Below are positions 57,389-64,000 of a DNA stretch of 64,000 bases, in pieces. Numbering within the stretch: the first letter of the stretch is position 1; each line of letters opens with the position of its first letter. This DNA is from Ostrea edulis (taxonomy: Eukaryota). The position numbers and the translations under genes are program-made. The notes below the pieces were generated by a model. It worked only from the letters and a program-made list of their open reading frames with translations. It did not search any database and was not told where the DNA came from. The stretch spans positions 16,306,001 through 16,370,000 of the forward strand of contig NC_079171.1 of assembly GCF_947568905.1 (NCBI RefSeq). Reading direction: 5' to 3'.

Positions 57389-59439
57389 CATTCACATAAA
57401 TCCTCTCATACTGAGGGGATTCTAAAGTTCCAGTGCCCTCCATGTCAGAAATTTTTACTTTCCAAAATGTCACTGGATAATTGTCTCAGCAGATGACAAG
57501 TGTCCGAGATTTAGAGGATTCAAGAATTCCTGCGAGAAGCTTTGTATTCACTTTTCTATAATCACACTGAGGTTGAAAAATCATCTCTCTAAATCAATTT
57601 GCTGATGAATTAAACATTCAAAACCTTAATCAGCTAACTCCCTTGTAAAATGTTCTTGATAATAATTATAAACCTACATGCTCAAATTCCAGAATTCCAT
57701 TGATTTTGCACATATTGGCTTTCTACCAAATAATCCTAAATTCTCGGTGTAAATGATAGCATTAATTGACTAAAATTTCCAAAGTGTGTGTATTCCAATA
57801 CAGATCAAACAATTCATAATGAATTTCGACCATCACAAAAATCTATTTAAAATGCCACCAATAAAATTCCCAACCTTCCAGTTAATTTTCTGTCAATAGA
57901 ATAATATATGACCACCTGATGCACTGGTACTTGTACCGGACCAGGCCTACCTCAGCAGTTCTGCTCATTTTAAGACACTATAGCTCACAAGAACGGACTC
58001 TGATCATTCACAGAGAACAGAAATCAAGCATAAATCTCATGAACAGCATCAAAATTTTCCTGATTCTTCTAACGTGGTAATTCCAAATCAAACTAGAATC
58101 AACAGTTTCAAAATGAAATGAAATACATATAAAATCATCTCTAGTTCACTAGAACTATTTAAAATCCAGTCCTCCGAGAGCTTTAATAATATCAACAGAA
58201 TCTTCTGTTCAGATTTTCACAATTATTCTGTCAATAATCATCCCCGAACATTTGTATCTCTTCATATAATGTTTCAATACATCGCTCAGAGGTATTCAAT
58301 ATTGCACTAACACAACTCCCACACGCTTCACAACATCACTAACATTTCTTATCCATCCTTTGGTTCAATCACCGTACATACATAAGTAATAAAATTTGCA
58401 AAATTTCCTTCATCAAAAATTATCCTCCCAACATTCATAATGGCAATGAAAATTCAATTCTCTATTGAGTGTCTGTTTGGTCGTCTGCTTACACTTATAA
58501 CAGCTACTATCTGCCTCCTTGAAGAAAACTCAGTCTGCTGACTTCATGAGAGGCCAGACACACTTGCATGTATACAACACTACTCATGTACAATAAATAT
58601 TCATATCAATGTCAGTTACTCTTAGATCCAATAAAGATGTTTTCCAACACTGAAATTCTTTAAAATGAATCATACACCCAGAAAAAAAATCCACTGTGAT
58701 ATATTATAGGACGTTCTGCCTGATAGCTAATACAGTATGTTTATTCTTGATCTCTGATCTGAAGCTGAAGTGGCTATCATTGAATAGGTCGACCCATGAA
58801 TATCCAGTGTGTAAAAATTACAGTTGCTGTCTTGTACTTGGATATCAGTTAAAGGACTGTGAATGAACTAGCAAATGTAGAATAGTTTTTTTTTAATTTT
58901 ACAATCAAATTTATCAATTTCTTATTACATTTTGCTAGCTTATCAGTAAATATAACTATGATGATTAAAATTTGTTCATATGACTAACTTTTAAATCAAA
59001 TATCATGGACTTTGACATACTTATTTCATATGATTTGAAAATAAAATGGACATGCAAATTATCAACAGTTTGCATGAGTCACTTGAATTTCCCATTCTTT
59101 GTCTTTTTTTACTTTAAAATTTAATTGCTTCTAAAGAATTCAGCAGACTACATTTTCAGCCAAACTGTTGCTGCTAGCATAGGGTTGTGTTGTAACTGTT
59201 GAATTCATCCATCTAGCATTCACAATTTACATTTCTGGCAATCAATATTAGGAATTCTGTGCACCGACTTTTCCCTTGGTTAATGATGTCTTATGCAAAT
59301 ACAAGACAGAAAGTCATGCACATGCAGTTTTAAAGATTGAGAAAAGCTCATATCCTCTGTGTGAATTTTCTGTGTGATCAGTGAAGCTAGGATTATGTGA
59401 ATCACTATATGTAGTCTGTATTGATAGTGTGTTTTCTCT

Positions 59440-60863
59440 GTGAGTCCTCTGTGACTGTCAGTCTGTCTATATGTCTGTCTGTGAGTCCTGTGACTGTCAG
59501 TCTGTCTATATGTCTGTCTGTGAGTCCTCTGTGACTGTCAGTCTGTCTATATGTCTGTCTGTGAGTCCTCTGTGACTGTCAGTCTGTCTATATGTTTGTC
59601 TGTCTGTCTGTGAGTCCTCTGTGACTGTCAGTCTGTCTATATGTCTGTCTGTGAGTCCTCTGTGACTGTCAGTCTGTCTATATGTTTGTCTGTCTGTCTG
59701 TGAGTCCTCTGTGACTGTCAGTCTGTCTATATGTCCATCTGTGAGTCCTCTGTGACTGTCAGTCTGTCTATATGTCTGTCTGTGAGTCCTCTGTGACTGT
59801 CAGTCTGTCTATATGTCTGTCTGTGAGTCCTCTGTGACTAACTATATGTCTGTCTGTGAGTCCTCTGTGACTGTCAGTCTGTCTATATGTCTGTCTGTGA
59901 GTCCTCTGTGACTGTCCATCTGTGAGTCCTCTGTGACTGTCAGTCTGTCTATATGTCTGTCTGTGAGTCTTCTGTGACTGTCAGTCTGTCTATATGTCTG
60001 TCTGTGAGTCCTCTGTGACTAACTATATGTCTGTCTGTGAGTCCTCTATGACTGTCAGTCTGTCTATATGTCTGTCTGTGAGTCCTCTGTGACTGTCAGT
60101 CTGTCTATATGTCTGTCTGTGAGTCCTCTGTGACTGTGTCTGTCTGTGAGTCCTCTGTGACTGTCAGTCTGTCTATATGTCTGTCTGTGAGTCCTCTGTG
60201 ACTGTCAGTCTGTCTATATGTCTGTCTGTGAGTCCTCTGTGACTGTCAGTCTGTCTATATGTCTGTCTGTGAGTCCTCTGTGACTGTCAGTCTGTCTATA
60301 TGTCTGTCTGTGAGTCCTCTGTGACTGTCAGTCTGTCTATATGTCTGTCTGTGAGTCCTCTGTGACTGTCAGTCTGTCTATATGTCTGTCTGTGAGTCCT
60401 CTATGACTGTCAGTCTGTCTATATGTCTGCCTGTGAGTCCTCTGTGACTGTCAGTCTGTCTATATGTCTGTCTATCAGTCCTCTGTGACTGTCAGTCTGT
60501 CTATATGTCTGTCTGTCTGTCTGTGAGTCCTCTGTGACTGTCAGTCTGTCTATATGTCTGTCTGTGAGTCCTCTGTGACTGTCAGTCTGTCTATATGTCT
60601 GTCTGTGAGTCCTCTGTGACTGTGTCTGTCTGTGAGTCCTCTGTGACTGTCAGTCTGTCTATATGTCTGTCTGTGAGTCTTCTGTGACTGTCAGTCTGTC
60701 TATATGTTTGTCTGTGAGTCCTCTGTGACTGTCAGTCTGTCTATATGTCTGTCTGTGAGTCTTCTGTGACTGTCAGTCTGTCTATATGTCTGTCTGTGAG
60801 TCCTGTGACTGTCAGTCTGTCTATATGTCTGTCTATCAGTCCTCTGTGACTGTCAGTCTGTCT
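59440..60863. repeat. 41-bp minisatellite, >30 copies
   Basis: gtgagtcctctgtgactgtcagtctgtctatatgtctgtct units. Confidence 0.97.
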
Positions 60864-61904
60864 TGATGTATTTAATTCATGACAAATGTAAAATTGTTCT
60901 TTTAAATTTTGAAAAAAATCAGCTGCCAAAGGAATAAATCCATTGATTTAGCATGGCATGTTTAGTTACAGGCTCCAGAAGTATGCATCAAAATTGTTTA
61001 CAATATCATTCACCTTTTTAAAGCTACAAAATTAGTACTGTTCTCTATAATGTATTGGAACCCACCATCTGTTTATTGATTTCGTAATCATAAAGTCAAC
61101 AAAATTCCTTGCAACAAAAAATATTGGACGATTTGTAATTTTTCATTATCATCATTTAGTCCAGTTTGCTCTTTTCATGTGTTTCATTAGCCTAAGAGGA
61201 AATTCACCAGATTTTATCAACTTCCTAATTTGTGTAAACACTTGTCTGTTTGCACAAAAAATATTTCGGTAAAAGGTTCTTTTGATTTATGACTTGGTCT
61301 GATGTACTTCTATTGTGGAACATGTTCAAATTGATTTTTTTTTATCTGTGATTGCTAATGTTAAATGAAGACAGTCACAAAAAAGTGTACATAAAGGATG
61401 CTCCTTAGTGAAAGAAAAAAATAGTTTAACGTAATACCTAACAATTAGGAGATATATACTGAACAAAGTGGTGTTTATTAATGTGGATAGACCAGGAGAG
61501 GGTATCCCGTAAACCTAGGGAGGGGGACAAGGGGAGTTAGAGGCGTAGAAAAGGGGGGATAGAAGGAAGATATTATTAGAAAGGGGAGACAGTGAAGGGA
61601 GAAAAGAAATTAAAAGGGTAGAGGAAAGGTGGTCCAACTCCTCATTAAAGACTTAATCCTAAAGACTTTATGTAATAGTATCCCCCCCCCCCCCCCCCCA
61701 AGCTAGAGATCTGTAGCTAATGACTTAATAACTCTATAGGCAAGTCAGTCTAAATGATCAATGTAAGTATCTCCACGAGATATAACACAGAAACAATGCA
61801 GTAAGATGGAGGAAAACATCTCAATGGACATAGCTATACCCCTTCACTAAAAAAACTGTTTGTTCTATGTCCCTCATGATCTTTTCTTGATACTGCAACA
61901 TCAC

Positions 61905-62675
61905 CAGCTGTAGGTGAAGGGCCACAAATTTAGACCTATGCTTGGCATTTAGGGCTGTCGCAGTGATGGTTCTTGAATGTACCTATGCCTGTCACAACTT
62001 GGGACCTCTGGTTTTAAAGGGACATGGATATGATTTGACCTGAAAATTCTTAAATATTATTTTTCCACCTTTAATGTTTAGAATGCTTAACTAGAGTATT
62101 TCTAATGGTCAGCAAAATTTGAACGTCAGTTGTCTAGGAGAAATAGAGCTCACAATTTGTTGCCATGTTTTTGTTTACATAGGTTAAATATATTAGTAAA
62201 TGTTTCGTTTAAACCAAATTTTTTCAATTTACAGTTAATTCTGAACACAATTATATATAGTTTCTAGTGTTTTGTCACATCCCATTTTGTTTTAAACATG
62301 CTATTTTCTATTAAGAATTCTATATGTAAACAAAAACATGGTACGAGTCTTGTTTACATAACAAAGAATTGTGAGTGCTGTATTTCACTCAACGACTGAT
62401 ATTCAAATTTTGGTTGACCATTAGAAATACCTTAGTTAAGCATTGTAAACAGTAAAAAAAAAAAAAAAACTGAAAATTTTAAGCTCAAATCGTGTCCATA
62501 CCCCTTTAAGGTCTTATCCAAAAGACCCATGAGTCTCATTTCTAAATGCCAAGCATTTCGCAAAGCAGAGATCAATATTTTTTTTCACATCATAAGATTG
62601 ACATAGTCATGGCACAAGTTGGACATGAACTCACAACTTCCTAGTTACATAGCGAACCTTCTAACCACTGAGATA
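61905..62675 (-). mobile_element. Old SINE copy split by a nested DNA element
   Basis: The SINE core runs to gttttaa (62017) and resumes as ggtcttatcc (62510), reconstituting the family motif gttttaaggtc. Confidence 0.65.
62018..62505. mobile_element. Kolobok-like non-autonomous DNA transposon
   Basis: TTAA duplication (62014-17, 62506-09); imperfect TIRs AGGG(A/G)(C/T)ATGGA(T/C)A(T/C)GATTTGA; internal inverted repeat catgtttttgtttacata / tatgtaaacaaaaacatg. Confidence 0.8.
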
Positions 62676-62685
62676 CTCTGACCAG

Positions 62686-63280
62686 TCCAACAACGTGGCT
62701 GATGAGCTTTGATACAAGGTGTTTTAGACTAGATATCCAACAACGTGGCTGATGAGCTTTGATACAAGGTGTTTTAGACTAGATATCCAACAACATGGCT
62801 GATGAGCTTTGATACAAGGTGTTTTAGACTAGATATCCAACAACATGGCTGATGAGCTTTGATACAAGGTGTTTTAGACTAGATATCCAACAACGTGGCT
62901 GATGAGCTTTGATACAAGGTGTTTTAGACTAGATATCCAACAACGTGGCTGATGAGCTTTGATACAAGGTGTTTTAGACTAGATATCCAACAACATGGCT
63001 GATGAGCTTTGATACAAGGTGTTTTAGACTAGATATCCAACAACGTGGCTGATGAACTTTGATACAAGGTGTTGTAAACTAGATATCCAACAACGTGGCT
63101 GATGAGCTTTGATACAAGGTGTTTTAGACTAGATATCCAACAACATGGCTGATGAGCTTTGATACAAGGTGTTTTAGACTAGATATCCAACAACGTGGCT
63201 GATGAGCTTTGATACAAGGTGTTTTAGACTAGATATCCAACAACGTGGCTGATGAACTTTGATACAAGGTGTTTTAGACT
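62686..63280. repeat. 50-bp minisatellite, ~12 copies
   Basis: tccaacaac(g/a)tggctgatgagctttgatacaaggtgttttagactagata units. Confidence 0.97.
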
Positions 63281-64000
63281 TATTCTGACATACAATTGCT
63301 AAAAATACACATCTGCTTTGCCTGGGTAAAAACAAAATATTGTCTCACAAGGACATTAAACTTGAAACATAAAAAGTAGAAGCCCTCCAAATGTCTTCTT
63401 TCAGCATCATTCTTTCAGTAATTTCTCATTAGCTACCATTGTTACTAATTTAGCATGAAAACAAAATCAAAATCTGAAGGTTTCCTTCCTTCTGTTTCTT
63501 CACAGAGAAATCAATGTTAACATAAACATGATAAATGTGTGTAATCACTGATGGAAATTTGAGTTCCACATCTTAAAAAGCAACTTCACAGGAAAATAGT
63601 ATCAATAATGCATCGTTAACATTAGTCTGGTGTTCTACCAGAATTTGATTTCTATAAGATTATTCATGCATAAAAAAGTATTCCTTAAATTCTTTCAAAA
63701 ATTTCTATGCATTATTTACAGCAAATACATGTACTACTCAAAATCATGACTACCTTAAATACATGTATGTGTTACCCAAATTCAGCTCTACCTTATTTCT
63801 TTGCATATCTAAGGTAAGACACAAAATATATTCTACAATAGGTACAACACTCACTACATTCATATTTCTTAGACAGAATGTCTATACAGCTGCTATGTAA
63901 CCATCTCAAACTGCTGGAAACAGCAAACTTATTAAGACTATGAGCATCCTATAATAAAATATCTCAAACCAAATTCTTTCTTTGTTAAACAAATGTGTTG

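Noticed and set aside
61500-61630. Purine-rich tract (and pyrimidine-rich tract at 7725-7800) with triplex/G4 potential
   Set aside because: No regular G4 pattern or mirror symmetry that I could establish; such low-complexity sequence is common.

Overview
AT-rich, repeat-dense eukaryotic genomic DNA, most likely from a bivalve (oyster-like). That assignment is inferred from the tRNA-SINE, Helentron-type and MITE repeat families recalled from oyster genomes. Two spliced protein-coding genes converge tail to tail. (1) Minus strand: an MCC (mutated in colorectal cancers) homologue. I assembled 13 phase-consistent coding exons from 48880 down to 24396 (786 aa, ending in the PDZ-binding motif ETSL), plus a candidate first coding exon at 51012-51248 and a candidate RFX X-box upstream. 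(2) Plus strand: an unrecognised gene with a signal-peptide-like first exon (3837-4214) joined in phase to a 4.3-kb exon (15866-20197). It predicts a ~1569-aa Q/S/N/P/T-rich protein with a strongly conserved internal 29-aa duplication. The introns hold a degenerate Tc1 element, the 3' part of a Gypsy-like LTR retrotransposon carrying an extra C2H2 zinc-finger ORF, LINE and Penelope-like fragments, SINEs, MITEs, a Kolobok-like element nested in a SINE, and many minisatellites. The most unusual signal is that at least four MCC introns begin with tandem arrays built from the 5' splice site itself, in three cases together with the exon 3' end, giving up to ~24 stacked donor copies.
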